Shown: positions 1-16,476, counted from the first letter of the stretch. The stretch: 64,000 nucleotides of DNA from Eledone cirrhosa (GCA_964016885.1 OZ024741.1:56792001-56856000); one strand, 5' to 3'. Notes: generated from the letters alone by a model not told the origin. Made by a program: numbers and translations.

Positions 1-461
<461 letters not shown>

Positions 462-547
462 GTAGGTCCCGGGTTGAGTCGGGGATAACCACAGTAAGTA
501 AGGTACTCAATACATGGCAGAGTAAAATTTTTTTATTTTATAGAAGG

Positions 548-598
548 AGCTTCTACAGGACTAGTACTGTTTCATTCAGATGAAATCTTCAGGAAGCT
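548..598 (-). ncRNA. Type I hammerhead ribozyme (family A), in a PLE pLTR-like fragment starting at about 461
   Basis: Reverse complement reads agcttc CTGAAGA t-ttca-tc-tgaa-t GAAA cag tactagtc ctg TA gaagct: stem I agcttc/gaagct, stem II ttca/tgaa, stem III acag/ctgt, GUA site. Related partial copies at about 9114-9275, 19350-19450 and 28740-28865. Confidence 0.85.
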
Positions 599-993
599 GG
601 GTGTCATACATTTAGGTAGTGGCAAGGGAGGGTGGTGGATGGGGGGGGGGGGTATTTAGATACACAGGACCACTACTTGGCACAGGCCGTTTTTTCTATG
701 GGGAGTGGTCAATTAGCCAGAGTGCTTTTTTGAAATAAATAAATAAGTAAATAAATAAATAAATGAATAAATAAATAGATAAATGAATAAATAAATAAAA
801 TAAATAAAGAAATAAATAAAAAATAAATAAATAAAACCCCAAGAATAGTAATTCAACAGATATATAGTAGGGAAATTTTTTAGGTGGGTTGGTAATAGAA
901 ATTAAGCATTTAACAAGACCGAATCATGGCACAGACTGGGGTGAGTGGTCAAGTTAACATACAAGCCACAGGTGGCCAGAGTGTTTTAGTAGG

Positions 994-2012
<1,019 letters not shown>

Positions 2013-2051
2013 GATATTAATAAATGGAAACTATATTTATAAAACCATATT

Positions 2052-2116
2052 TATTTCATTATATATATTTCAAGGATACCAAGTTACATTATGGTATCCC
2101 TTCATCAGACAAAATA
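2052..2116 (-). ncRNA. Minimal type I hammerhead (family B)
   Basis: Reverse complement: tattttgt CTGATGA agggatacc...ggtatcctt GAA ATATATAT A atgaaata; palindromic stem III. Confidence 0.75.
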
Positions 2117-2322
2117 CAATATATAATAGTTTTATAAATAGACATTGACGTACCCCTTTAAAAATTGACCGTTGTTTTTGGAGGCCATCAGGATAGTCAT
2201 TTAGTTTCCATTTATTAATATCGTATATCTACTCCAAATATTTGTCGAGTGCTTTATATCAGTTATAAAAATATTTGCTTGTTGTATCCCAACAATTTAA
2301 ATCAAACTTTTGCATATATATA

Positions 2323-2367
<45 letters not shown>

Positions 2368-2533
2368 AAAATAACAGATTAAAGTTTAAGCAAAGAATCG
2401 TTAAGGGTTAAGGCAGCGATTCTTTGCTTAAACTTTAATCTGTTATTTTAATAAATATTTACTCTACGGTTCTTATATATTTATCCTTATCGAACCCTCT
2501 TTGAATTTTAGTTTTCAAATTTATTATTATTAC

Positions 2534-2592
<59 letters not shown>

Positions 2593-3459
2593 CATACATA
2601 TTTATATACTTATATGTGTTTATATATATGTAAGTATACAGCCCCATCCACATATCTATAAATACATATTTACGCTCTAATATATATATATATATATACA
2701 GAGAGAGAGAGGGTGGGGGAGATATGTATGTATGTATGTATGTTTAGGACAGTTGTTAAAATTTCAAATTGATCATGATATATTTAAACTTTACAAACCA
2801 ACACTTCCTACATATGATAGGTGTACGGATTGGTTTACGGGTCTGTCGATGTATACATGTATAGTTATTAGTCGGTTACGTGATGTTTTTACAAATTATA
2901 CAACAGAATATAAGAATGGGAAGCAAAAAGATACTGTCCCCTAAAAAATTAAAAAAACAACAATATTGTAGACCCATTCCAACTGGTTCAACTCACTTCA
3001 ACATCACCGTCGCCAATATCTTTCTCAACCTTCAGCGACATCCCCACCCTCATCAGCGATACCCTTAACGTGAAATATAGGGGACACACACTTAGCATTA
3101 AGTCATGAAACTTTATTCCATTCCCCGCCCTCGACACACACACAGAGGAAGTGTCCATGGTTCGAAAGTTTGAAAAGACCGTAAATCAGAGTAGAGCTCG
3201 ATTCGTAATTGTTTGCAGAGTAAGTACAAATATACGGTAACGTCCCGGCAGATGGCTCTCTCAGTTGGGACTTTACCTTATGTCTATATATCTATATATT
3301 TGCGTGACGAGGAACGATACGAAATCGTCACGACATATTTGCTTTTGTAGTTTAAATATATTTGCCAAAACCAGAAGGCCTAGAGGACACATGCACAGAA
3401 ATTCTCATATATATATATGAAAAATGGTGTGCTGCGTTGTTGCAAATGGGATACATATG

Positions 3460-3494
<35 letters not shown>

Positions 3495-3530
3495 CTCAGG
3501 ATGGCTGGACCAGGTAAAAGAGTAAAAGAG

Positions 3531-3583
<53 letters not shown>

Positions 3584-3587
3584 TTAG

Positions 3588-3818
3588 CTGAGGTTAGCTG
3601 GACATGCTCACCGACATCCAGAGTTGACATTGCACTCAGTACTCCTGTGGGAGCCCCTATATGGACACACTGGAAGAGGAAGACCAAGGTTAACGTATAT
3701 TGATGCCCTAAGGACAGCCACTGGTCTGTTGGAGACGCAGGACATGGCAGCGATAATGAGGGACAGAGACCGCTGGAGAGAACTCGTCCATGGATCTCGG
3801 GAATTTTACCCGCCCTAG
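3588..3818 (+). mobile_element. 3' fragment of an RTE/RTE-X-like LINE (RT C-terminus)
   Basis: Translates as LRLAGHAHRHPE...VLLWEPLYGHTGRGRPRLTYIDAL...MRDRDRWRELV, the typical GH..R / RGRP / DR..WR C-terminus of the RTE group. Confidence 0.75.
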
Positions 3819-3822
3819 ATAG

Positions 3823-3875
<53 letters not shown>

Positions 3876-3941
3876 CTGAATGAGTTGAGGTGTAAAACCA
3901 ACGAAAGTTAAGTTCCTGTATATGTCACTATTGTAACTAAT

Positions 3942-4063
<122 letters not shown>

Positions 4064-4372
4064 TGTTTACCTGTACAGATAATATTAATATAAATGCTGT
4101 TGATGTGTGAATACATTTTTGGGGATACCCTGTATATATATATACATGCATACATACATATAAGAATGTGCAGCTCACATCCGTATCCTGTATTGATGGA
4201 CAATTTGAAATAACTGGAGGACAGGAGGACACGTAGATTCCAAAATATGTATACAGGCCTTTATATAGACACAACTTATATAGACACAACTTATATAGAC
4301 ACAACTTATATAGACATATATACACAGACACATCTCATACAGGTAAATATTCACATACGAAACTTCACAAAT

Positions 4373-4405
<33 letters not shown>

Positions 4406-4422
4406 GGAGAGATAGGAAGAGA

Positions 4423-4463
<41 letters not shown>

Positions 4464-4474
4464 GAAGAGAGAGA

Positions 4475-4527
<53 letters not shown>

Positions 4528-4552
4528 TGTGTGTGAGAGAGAGAGAGAGAGA

Positions 4553-4593
<41 letters not shown>

Positions 4594-4601
4594 GAAGAGA
4601 G

Positions 4602-4699
<98 letters not shown>

Positions 4700-4988
4700 T
4701 GTGTGTGTGTGTGTGTGTGTGTATATACACATGTTATTGTTATATACTATAGCTAGCATACACCCGGTCTTTATATTATTCATGGTGTTTCCCTCGGATA
4801 TCTTAATATGTTCATTCTGATGTTGGGGAATCAAGCCATTGAGAGTATAGGGAGTGTCTGAAATACGTAGACTGATGTTGCTGTATTGTAACTACAGCTT
4901 CGATGGATGGAGAACTTGAAATTATATATATAAAATATATATATGAAATATATATATTAATAAAATAGATGTTCTTTTGATCAATTAA

Positions 4989-5041
4989 ATTTTATGATAC
5001 ATATTTCAGAGGTACAACAGTACATCCTCATCAGACAAAAT
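4989..5041 (-). ncRNA. Minimal type I hammerhead (family B-related)
   Basis: Reverse complement: attttgt CTGATGA ggatgtac tgtt gtacctct GAA ATATGTAT C ataaaat; lies inside inverted repeat 4956-5150. Confidence 0.75.
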
Positions 5042-5265
5042 ATAATGATACATGACATACCCTGAGATGTTAAATGGTTAAGATTTAATCAAGGTAGTGA
5101 AATATGTATAATAAAATTTAATTGATCAAAAGAACATCTATTTTATTAATATTTGTATTTTAATATTAATAACTCTGGAATATATTTTTTTTTACTGTAG
5201 AGTGCTTCCAATCTACTGTAAAACTCATTCTTTGATGTACTCATTGAATCTTGTTTAACTCTTTA

Positions 5266-5326
<61 letters not shown>

Positions 5327-5388
5327 CGTGCGCGCGTGTGTGTGTAGAGAGAGAGAAGGGGATAAATAGATAGATAGATATACATACA

Positions 5389-5422
<34 letters not shown>

Positions 5423-5475
5423 CATACACCGACATTCAAACATGTACATATGTATATATTCAGCATGTATGTTCG

Positions 5476-5571
<96 letters not shown>

Positions 5572-5712
5572 TATGTATGTATATATGTAAATATATATAT
5601 ATATATTTATAGTAATAATAATAATAAATGTGAAGACTAAAATCCAAAGAGGGCTCGGAAGATCCCGTTAAGGGTGAAAGCAGCGATTCTTTGCTTAAAC
5701 TTTAATCTGTTA

Positions 5713-5782
<70 letters not shown>

Positions 5783-6317
5783 TATGTATATATATATGTC
5801 TCTATGCATATATATGTGTGTATATATTTGAGTGTGTGTGTGTGTGAGTGTACGCGTGCGTGCATACAGGCGTATATGCATCTATGTATGTATGTATGTG
5901 TGTATGTATGTATGTATGTAAGTATGTATGTATGAGTCTAAGTACCCATCAGTACGAAAGCAAGAGATTGTGAAGGTCAAGGTTAACTTCGATACTATAA
6001 ACGTAGAAAAGAAGGTTAGTGACTGAAAACGCTGACTAAGCACTACCACTTACTAATTCCACTCACACACACACATACATATAAACATGGATACATGTAT
6101 ACACACTCACACACATATGCATATACACATATATATATACGAATATCCGTTTCCGTTTAGTGTTGATGGTCGCAAAAATAAGTACCCAATACCGTAGTGG
6201 AGATTTATAATTATATTTAGGACAAGTTACTGTCCTGTTACTCTGGAATTTCGCATGGCATATTCTCCCGGGATTTCGGACCATTTCACGGCATGTAAAG
6301 TCCCCTCTGAATATATA

Positions 6318-6421
<104 letters not shown>

Positions 6422-6431
6422 ATATATATAT

Positions 6432-8815
6432 GGTGTGACTTGGTGGTGGAACAATAAGGTAGATGAGGCAGTTAAGGCCAAGAGACAGGCATGGAAAGAA
6501 TGGAAGAACGGGGGGAGCAGGGTACATTACATAGAGACCAGGAGGGAAGCTAGGCGACAAGTATACTTAGCTAGGAGGGAAGCAGAGGATAGAAAATTCA
6601 AGCATGTTTTGCAACGTGAGGACCAGAAACAGGAGGTGTTCAAGATTGCGAGGCAGTGTGTCAGAGAGAATTGTGATGTCATTGGAGAGAAGTGTATCCG
6701 GAATGATAAAGGTGAGCTTGCCCTCACAAGTGCTGAGAAGAAAGATGCGTGGAAGAGCCATTATGATAGATTACTAAATGAGGAGAATGCATGGGAAGAA
6801 GAGACCCTACCCCAAGTAGACCCTATAGAGAGGCCAGCAGTACAAGTCAGCAGCAGCGTAGTAAGTAAGGCAATCAAAGATATGAAGACGGGGAAGGCAA
6901 CTGGTCCATCGGATACAGCTGCCGAGATGCTGAAGGCATCTGGGTCGGTAGGTCACACCATAACCACACGTATTGTTAACCAGGTAATACTAGAAGGTGT
7001 CATACCAAAGGATTGGTGCAGTAGCATCATTGTCAACTGCTACAAAGGTAAATGTGATGCACTAGATAGAGGAAACTATAGAGGTATAAAGCAGAAGGAC
7101 CAGGTCATGAAAGTAACAGAAAGAGTTATAGCACAGTTGATTAGGGACCGGATGAAACTAGACGAGATGCAATTTGGGTTTGTGCCAGGAAGAGGCACCA
7201 CTGATGCCATCTTCCTTGTGAGGCAGTTACAGGAAAAGTAACCTAGCTAAAAGTAAGCCGCTCTACCTGGCATTCGTCGATCTCGAGAAAGCCTTTGACA
7301 GAGTTCCCCGTGCTATATCTGGTGGGCTCTTAGAAAACTAGTAGTAGATGACTAGCTTGTGAAAGCTGTACAAAGCCATGTATAGGGGAGCAGTCATCAA
7401 AGTTAGGATTAGCAATGAGTATAGCGAGGAATTTAGCGTACAGGTCGGTGTCCACCAGGGCTCTGTTCTTAGCCCTCTCCTGTTCATCATAGTCCTGCAG
7501 GCAATAACACAGGAGTTTAAGACCGGATGCCCATGGGAACTCCTGTATGCAGATGACCTCGCACTTATAGCTGAATCTATGGTAGAACTAGAGAAGAAAT
7601 TTCAAACTTGTAAGCAGGGACTAGAAAGAAAGGGTCTCAAAGTCAACCTGACAAAGATTAAGGTCCTTGTAAGTAGACAAGAAAACAGAATCTAGATCCC
7701 CTCGGGGAGATGGCCTTACTCGGTATGCAGGAAAGGTGTAGGTAGGAACTCCATTCTCTGCCCCAAATGCAAACAATGGGCACACAAGAGATGTAGCGGG
7801 ATCTCAGGAAGCTTAATTAAGAATGTAGGATTCACATGTTGCGGTTGTGCTGGGACAGCAAGCAGCAAACGCCACAGGAAACAAGTACCACCAAACTCTG
7901 GGAGGGCCCTGTAGAAACAGTAGACAGCTTCTGCTACCTAGGTGACCGAATTAGCAGCGGAGGTGGGTGTTCGGAAAGTACAATAACTTTGGATGGAAGA
8001 AGTTCAGGGAGCTACTGCCACTGCTAGCTGCAAAAGGCTTCTCCCTCAGAATGAAAGGCAGACTGTATGATGCGTGTATCTGAACAGCAATGTTACATGG
8101 TAGTGAGACCTGGGCGCTGAAGGTGGAAGACTTGCGTAGATTAGAGAGAAACGAAGCCTGCAAGCTCCGATGGATGTGTAATAGTAATATACGCGAACGG
8201 CTAAGCATAAATGAATTGAGAGAGAGACTGAGCATAAGAGGAATCAAATGCTGTGTGCAGGAGAGGCGGTTGCGTTGGTATGGACATGTGATGCGTATGC
8301 AGGATGACAGCTGCATAAAAAGGTGTAGAGCACGAGAAGTTGATGGAAACCGCAGAGTGGGGAGACCCAAGAAGACCTGGGATGAGGTGATAAAAGCCGG
8401 CCTTACCCAATTACACCTCTCAAAGGCGATGACACACGACCGTGACATCTGGCGTCACGCAGTAATACAGAAGACCCGACCCCCCCACGCGTACAAGCCG
8501 AAGCTGAAGCATATAGACAATATGCCCCCACACCCTCCCACTGTAAAGTGGTCGTGGAGGTGCCACGGCAAAAAAGCACCCAGTCCACACTGTAAAGTGC
8601 ACGTGTAGGCGCCACGGAAAAAAAGCACCCAGCACTCACTGTAAATGAGGTTGGTGTTAGGAAGGGCATCCAGCTGTAAATATCAAGCCAGAATCAGTTC
8701 CCGTATGAACAAGACAAGGTCAGCCGGCCGGACACTGCCCACAACAGGACAACCCATCTAACCCATGCTAGCGTGGAAGAACGGACGTAAAACGGTGATG
8801 ATGATGATAATGATG
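6432..8815 (+). mobile_element. 5'-truncated, frameshifted RTE-clade LINE
   Basis: ORF pieces 6255-7241, 7378-7695 and 8090-8608 give TWWWN, KGK.DALDRGNYRGI, QFGFVPGRGTTDAIF, GVHQGSVLSPLLF, LLYADDL, a Cys-rich PHD-like insert (about 7700-7850) and RRLRWYGHV..RVGRPKKTW; 3'UTR ends in a (GAT)n tail. Confidence 0.93.
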
Positions 8816-9584
8816 TGGGGGGGGGGGCTGTGTGTGTGTGTGTGTTGTCTATATATGTATATGTGTTAAGTATTTCGTAGAAAAGGTAAAGGAAAGAAGA
8901 GTGCTCTACGTATATTACAGAGCTATTTAATTACATAATAAACAACACGATATAATTATTCTATTACCAAAGGTTTCAAGAAACTAAACGATCCTTACAG
9001 AACAGGCTGACGTTTCTGTAAGGATCGTCTAGTTTCTTGAAACCTTTGGTAATAGAATAATTATATCGTGTTGTTTATTCTGTAATTAAATATATGTGTG
9101 TGTGTGTGTGTGAGTCCCGGGTTCGACCGGCGGTACATACCCACAGTAAGTAAGGTACTCGATACATTAGTAGAGTATATATAACATTTAATATAGAAAT
9201 GGCTTCTACGGGACTAAAACTGTTTCATTCGAAGCAAACAGTTCTAGTCCTGTAGAAGCTATTTCTATATTAAACTATCTCTCTATATATATATGACTGT
9301 GTGTGCATGTGTGTCCGTGTTAGTGTGTGTGCATGTGTGTGTGTATGCATGTGTACATTTGTGTCTGTGTGAATGTGTACATGTGTGTGTTGCATGAGTA
9401 GGCGGTGATGCGAAATATGTTCAACGATGTGATATCACGGATTGTATGTGTAAAATACGTTATGAGTACATTTCACCACCACTACCACCACCACCCCACC
9501 ACACAATATAGTAAGTGTAGGTAAAACCATACGAACTCTTTAAGTTAGAGTCTATACAAGTTTGTGTTGATTTTCATAAGTTTA

Positions 9585-9624
<40 letters not shown>

Positions 9625-9629
9625 TATAC

Positions 9630-9639
<10 letters not shown>

Positions 9640-9710
<71 letters not shown>

Positions 9711-9765
9711 CACATATGTATATTCATGTATATACATGTGTATATATATATACATATATATATAC

Positions 9766-9798
<33 letters not shown>

Positions 9799-9876
9799 TA
9801 TATACATATATATATATTTATACACACACACACACACATATATATATATATTTATATATATATGTATATGTGTATG

Positions 9877-9908
<32 letters not shown>

Positions 9909-9998
9909 TATATGTATGTATAAGTGTATGTATATATATAGTTTATATATATATATATATATATATACAGTCAAAATCTTGTGAAATAAATTACAATG

Positions 9999-10038
<40 letters not shown>

Positions 10039-10188
10039 CACATATGTATATTCATGTATATACATGTGTATATATATATACATATATATATATATATAGA
10101 GAGAGAGAGATATATACATATATATATATTTATACACACACACACACATATATATATATATATTTATATATATATGTATATGTGTATG

Positions 10189-10220
<32 letters not shown>

Positions 10221-10249
10221 TATATGTATGTATAAGTGTATGTATATAT

Positions 10250-10286
<37 letters not shown>

Positions 10287-10311
10287 TCAAAATCTTGTGA
10301 AATAAATTACA

Positions 10312-10397
<86 letters not shown>

Positions 10398-10430
10398 TGT
10401 AATTTACTTCACAAGATTTTGACTGTGAAA
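9640..10430. repeat. About 315-bp tandem duplication of low-complexity DNA with a short unique tag, plus an inverted copy of the tag
   Basis: cagtcaaaatcttgtgaaataaattacaatg at about 9968 and 10284; reverse complement at about 10395-10425. Confidence 0.75.
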
Positions 10431-10779
10431 ACGTGTTAAAACAGATATTAGAAGGGTAATGCTGCCAAAAAATACACACCGATCTGTAGAGTTTCACTTC
10501 AATTTATTATTATAATTTCTCGCCGGTTTGTTTAATGACCGGATGGTTGTTTAATTGTTGATTGTCAAAGCTCTTTCGTTACACATTCTGCAACCTCTTC
10601 AATCATTACATTAGTTACTTTATAAGACAAGATTAAAATTATAAAAAAATTGAACTGAAACTCAACTGACGCGTATGTTTTTATTGGCATCGGGACTCTC
10701 CCAGAGTATAAAACAATACACATATCTACACACACACACACACTCATATATATATATATGCATGTACATACACACACAT

Positions 10780-10818
<39 letters not shown>

Positions 10819-11104
10819 TACATATATATGCATATATATATATACATATATACATATATATGGATATATATATATATGCATATATATATATATATACATA
10901 TATACATATATATGGATATATATATATATATATACATATGTATATATATATATATTTATATATATACATGTATATGCTTATATATATACATATATATACA
11001 TATATATATATGCATATATATATATATATATGCATGTACATACATATATATATATGTATATATATATATATTTATATATATATATACATATATATGTATG
11101 TATA

Positions 11105-11180
<76 letters not shown>

Positions 11181-11289
11181 AATATAACGAAAGAAAATAA
11201 CATTACAATATATCAGTTTAATGCCTGAAAGAAAAAAGAAAGTGTGTTTGCGTGCACTCTCGCGTATGTGTAATACATTTGTCTGTTAG

Positions 11290-11323
<34 letters not shown>

Positions 11324-11560
11324 TGAATGTAATTACAATAGCTGTGCATAAGTGCATTTGTGTATTATTACAGTCGTATGAAAATTTCCATATCTGTAAG
11401 TATTACACCCCCACCCACCCCCACACACACCTCCCAACCCTCACCCGAAAATATATATATATAACAATAGCTATGTTGACAGCAGTTGATGATGGTTGAC
11501 GGCAGCGGGAAGCGTGTATGTCAAAAAAGTAAGGTATTATGGTAGCTTTGTATTACTTAC

Positions 11561-11753
11561 CGTTTATTGTACACACTCTCCATAGTCCGGAATGGAGTTT
11601 CGCTGTAATCACGACTGTAGTATTTTCAATTTCTTCATTAATGACCTCTACAGTGTTTAACCAAGAATCTGTGGCCACAGCCAGGGCCAGGGTGACCAGT
11701 GCTCCGGCCCCTGCCACAAATGACAATAACGTTAGCAATAGTTGGCTGTTCAT
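11561..11753 (-). CDS. CACNG: First coding exon of a voltage-gated calcium channel gamma subunit / TARP (stargazin)-like claudin-superfamily protein
   Basis: MNSQLLLTLLSFVAGAGALVTLALAVATDSWL...AKLHSGLWRVCTING: TM1, then A.ATD.W and HSGLWRVC signatures; ends at canonical donor AAC G|gtaagt (11560-11555). The remaining exons lie left of the window. Exact paralogue unknown. Confidence 0.82.
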
Positions 11754-11772
11754 GTTCTTGTAGATATTGTTG

Positions 11773-11844
<72 letters not shown>

Positions 11845-12084
11845 AGTCTACGAGGAGTGAGAAGTCAGGCTAAATTTTGCACTGAGACCACCGTTACGTT
11901 TCTTCTTTTTCTTCTTCTTCTTGTTCCTCCTATTTACAGCCATTCAACTCGAACATGCAACCAACATCTCAGCAAATATCCAACAAACGTTGTCGTTGAC
12001 TCGACGGCGACATCCGCTCGCCAGATTTCTGCTGTGATTCTCGCTTATCTATTGTCATGGCTTTACAAACAGACACCGTTGTCG

Positions 12085-13845
12085 ATTATGTTGTTGTTTC
12101 TGTTGTTATTGTTGTTGTTGTTGTTGTTGTTATTGTTCCCTGCTATTGATTCTCTTTACGCGAGTTACATGTTATTGATTTAGTTGTTGTTGTTAATGTT
12201 TTTGTTGTTGTCCTCTGCTGTTGCTTGCAGTTGTTATAACGAATGCCGCTAAAATATATTTTGGTCGTTCTTTGCTATTATTCTTCGTGTTGTTGTTGTT
12301 GTCGATACTTTTTGTGGTTGCTGCTGTTGGTTGTTGTTGTTGCTAGCTGCTGCTGTTGCAGTTGTTGCTGTTCTTGCAAGTGTTGTTGTTGTTGGTTTTG
12401 TTGCTGTTAGAATCCGGATGCTGCTAATATCGTAGTGGTTCTTGATGCAGTTATTGTTGTTTTAAGTCGTTACAGTCGTGTTGCTGCTGCTGTTGCTGTA
12501 GTTGTTGTTGTTACAGCTGCTGCTGTTGTTATTGTTTCAGCTGCTGTAGTTGTTATTACTTTTGTTTGTTTTTCGTATTTTTGTTGTTGTTGTTGTAGCA
12601 GTTGTAACTGGTGTTGTTGTTACAGTTACTACTTTGTTTTTTGTCGTATTTTTGCTGTTGTTATTGTTGTTGTTGTATTTTTACAGATGAACGTATTGTT
12701 AATTTACATATTGTTGTTGGTGCTTTTAATGTTGTTGCATTGTTATTGTACATCTTGTCTGCTGTCATTGTTACTGTAGTAGTAGTTGTTGTTGTTGGTT
12801 CATCTGATGATAATGACGACTAAAACGATAATGATCTTGATGATAACAGCAAAGACAAACTGATGACGTTTGATAATTTCACCATTAAAAAAAAAAAAAA
12901 AAAAATTCGATAAAAATAAACAAAACAAAAAACTAAAAACAAGCCCCCAAAAAACAGACAAGTGTAGTGCCCTAAACTTTCCAAAGTGTCATTTCTGAAC
13001 CCCTTAAATTGGTACCGGAATAATCAGAAATATTATTACGGAAGTTACATCACCGTTTTTCTTCATGTAATACGCTTAGCGTTGTTGTAGTTGTTCTTGT
13101 TTTGGATGTTTTTTGCTGTTGTTGTCGTCGTCGTTATTGTTATTGTTGTTGTTGTTGTATAGACTCCGGGTCAACCCTGATCGAGAAGAGCTCTGACCAA
13201 AGGAGTTTCAATCGTATACATCCCGTATAGTTTCTTTGTATTTTTTTCTGTTTGTGTTTTGAATATCAGTGACTATACACAGCCTTTTAGTGTGTAATTC
13301 TTTGAAAATTCGGCTGGTATTTTTTAGTAGGTTGGGAGATCACGTAGAGATTCTCTGAGGTGGTTGTGATGGTGTTGTAATGTAATATTGTTGTGTTGGT
13401 GTTGTTGTTGTTCTAGGTGTCGTAATATTCTTGTCTTTGATGTTGATGTTTGCTATTGTTGTTGCTAATGATGATGTTAATGCCGTTGTTGTTGTTGTTG
13501 TTGTTGTTGTTTTTCTCCTTCTTCATACCTATCGTAGACACACGTACTTTATCTAACTAAACTTTCTCTCCGCATCATAGAAATAAACCATACGATACAT
13601 AATGGTTTCTAATTTGGGCACAAGGTCAGCAATTTGGGGAGGGGGAAGGGGTCGATTATATGAACGCTACAATAATACTTTCTCCCCTGTCCACTTCACC
13701 AAACACCACTGACCATCATCTATCTTCTCGTCCGTTCTTTCCTACTCTGTATGGGCCTTATTGTAGTTCGTATAGTTGTTACTGTTATTGTTGTTGTTTT
13801 AGTTTTCATATCCAGTGTCGTTATCAATATTATTGTTGTTGTTGC

Positions 13846-13890
<45 letters not shown>

Positions 13891-14045
13891 AACTACTACT
13901 ACAGCTATTGTTAATATTATGATTAATATGTGTGTTACTGTTGTTGTTGTTGTTATTGTAGTTGTTGTATTTGTTGTTGTTGTTGTAGTTGTTGTTGTTA
14001 TAACGGCTATTGCTGGTAGTTGCGACGATAGTGACGTTGTTGTAA
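12085..14045. repeat. Degenerate (GTT)/(GCT)/(ATT) trinucleotide low-complexity region
   Basis: Direct reading. Confidence 0.85.
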
Positions 14046-14278
14046 TGAAGCTGATATTCCAGTATGATCATGGCTGAGGAGTTTACCTGTGTTATGTAAG
14101 CCGCACACGCTTATTTATTAATGATGCACGACGACGGCAAAAGTTTCAGGTTTTGCTAAAAGTAATGCAGTTTTTCTCTGTGCATGCGATATCTTACACG
14201 CTCAAACAATCCGTACACGCACACACATAGACACACACACACGTATACTCTACTCAAAATATATGTATGTATGTGTGT

Positions 14279-14322
<44 letters not shown>

Positions 14323-14364
14323 GTGTGTGAGTGTGGGTGTGTGTGTGTGTGTGTGTGTGTGAGT

Positions 14365-14395
<31 letters not shown>

Positions 14396-15194
14396 CTGTC
14401 ACTGTGACGTGATGAAACTCACTATCTACATATATATAAATAATATAAGGAATGTGTATTTCAGCACATTTTCTTTTTAAATCGCATATGCTTACTTTTA
14501 GAAAATGAGAACATATATATATGTGTATGTATGAGATCAGTTATAAATATGTATACGAGTGCATATGCATGTGTAGTGTATATGTATCAAATATATGATA
14601 ACTGTGCAAATATCCAAAAAGAAAATTTTCCTTCCGAGTGTGTAGAATTTCAAAGAAAAATTAATGTTTTAGTTTTCAAGAATATAAAATATCCATAGAG
14701 GTTCGACAAAAAGAGATCGATAAATAAGTAACAGACTTCGAAAAATAAGTTGTGGGGTTGATCCGATCGTTTAAGTTACTTCAATGCGGTGCCCCAGCAT
14801 GGTCGCAGTCTGGTTGATTGAAACAATAAAAGAGTAGTGTAGAGGCATTAAGGTGTTTCTTTTTTATCTGTACAGTCAGTCACAAACCATGTGTGTGTAT
14901 TGCGTATATGAGTGTGTGCGTGCGTGCGTATGTATGTATGTATGTATGTATGTATGTATGTATGTATGTATGTATGTATGTATGTATGTATGTATGTATG
15001 TATGTATGTATGTTATACTAGTTTCCTTTACAACAGCATACTGCTAACATGTCTCGTAGCAGCTATCACAACAGTGGCAATTCTTCTGAGAATCACTGAG
15101 AATAAGGGAGGTGTTATAATGTTCCAAATAGAAAAACAATATAAAATTATTTCGAACACCGGGAAGAATGAAGAAGAGGGGAAGAAGATGATAA

Positions 15195-15333
15195 TATAGT
15201 ATGATGGTTGTAGAAGTAGCAGTAGTATAGTAATATATAAGCAGTGATAATAACAGCAGCAGTAGTTGCAGTAGTAGCAGTGATAGTAGTAGTAGCAGTA
15301 GTAGCAGTAGTAGCAGATAGCTGATGATGATAG

Positions 15334-15373
<40 letters not shown>

Positions 15374-15374
15374 A

Positions 15375-15437
<63 letters not shown>

Positions 15438-15520
15438 ATGATGAAAATGACGAAAAGGAAACAAATGAAAGAAGAAGAAGAAGAAGAAGAAGAAGAAGAA
15501 GAAGAAGAAGAAGAAGAAAT
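15195..15520. repeat. Compound (GCAGTA)/(GAT)n/(GAA)n microsatellite
   Basis: Direct reading. Confidence 0.9.
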
Positions 15521-15614
15521 GATAGAAGCCTTAATCGTAAGGCAAAGAATTGTTATAATAATAATTTAATAATAATAATAACAATATATGTGTGTTCAGA
15601 GGGAGAGAAAGAAA

Positions 15615-15645
<31 letters not shown>

Positions 15646-15718
15646 AGAAAGAGAAAAGAAAGCTATCTATTTATCTGTGCATATGCATGTACATTCATAT
15701 GTATGTGTATATTTCATA

Positions 15719-15769
<51 letters not shown>

Positions 15770-15854
15770 CTATAAAATATATGTATGTATGTGTATATTT
15801 CATAAGATATATATATATATATATATATATATGAATGTATGTGTATATTTTATA

Positions 15855-15899
<45 letters not shown>

Positions 15900-16402
15900 C
15901 TATAAAATATATGTATGTATGTGTATATTTTATAGGGTATATATATGTGTGTGTGTGTGTGTAACTATATTTCGGAGAGAAGGAGAGAAAAAGTGAGAAA
16001 GAGTGAGTGGTTGGAGTTTGTGTGCATCAATTTGGGTAATAGACAGCACACATCACCCAGCTAAACATTATCACAAGCAGACACTTGGATAGATTTAGCA
16101 GTACTAACATTCATACAAGGTCTCACGTTTCCCTTCGTTTCTCCCAGCTGTCACAGAGACCTTGAAAAAAGCTTCGCGAGTGCAACCCATCCTACCCTGA
16201 TTAATCCATTAAAGAATATACACTGAAGAACATACACTGAAGCAAGTGTATCGAGTGTTTAAACATTAACTGAATGAGCACTCAGTACATGTGAGAAGAA
16301 TATGCAATTCATTCACCAAAGAAAATGACAGCAGTAAATTCGAAGTGCCGGCGTTGATGCCTCTTCTGTTTGTCCATATATATATGCATGTGTGTGCATG
16401 CG

Positions 16403-16476
<74 letters not shown>

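Noticed and set aside
5641-5720. Hammerhead-like gaaga-tccc-gttaa-gggt-GAAAgc motif (also at about 2400 and 60462)
   Set aside because: The 5' side differs among copies, and neither CUGANGA nor stem III/UH can be assigned
8927-9090. Possible hammerhead in the foldback arms (GAAA cctttgg TA atagaa)
   Set aside because: Only the 3' half is present; the CUGANGA core is missing in both arms
10560-10610. Minus-strand TTGAAGA...GAAAgagcttt motif
   Set aside because: No valid UH site with a matching stem I; the related copy at about 18335 is more degenerate
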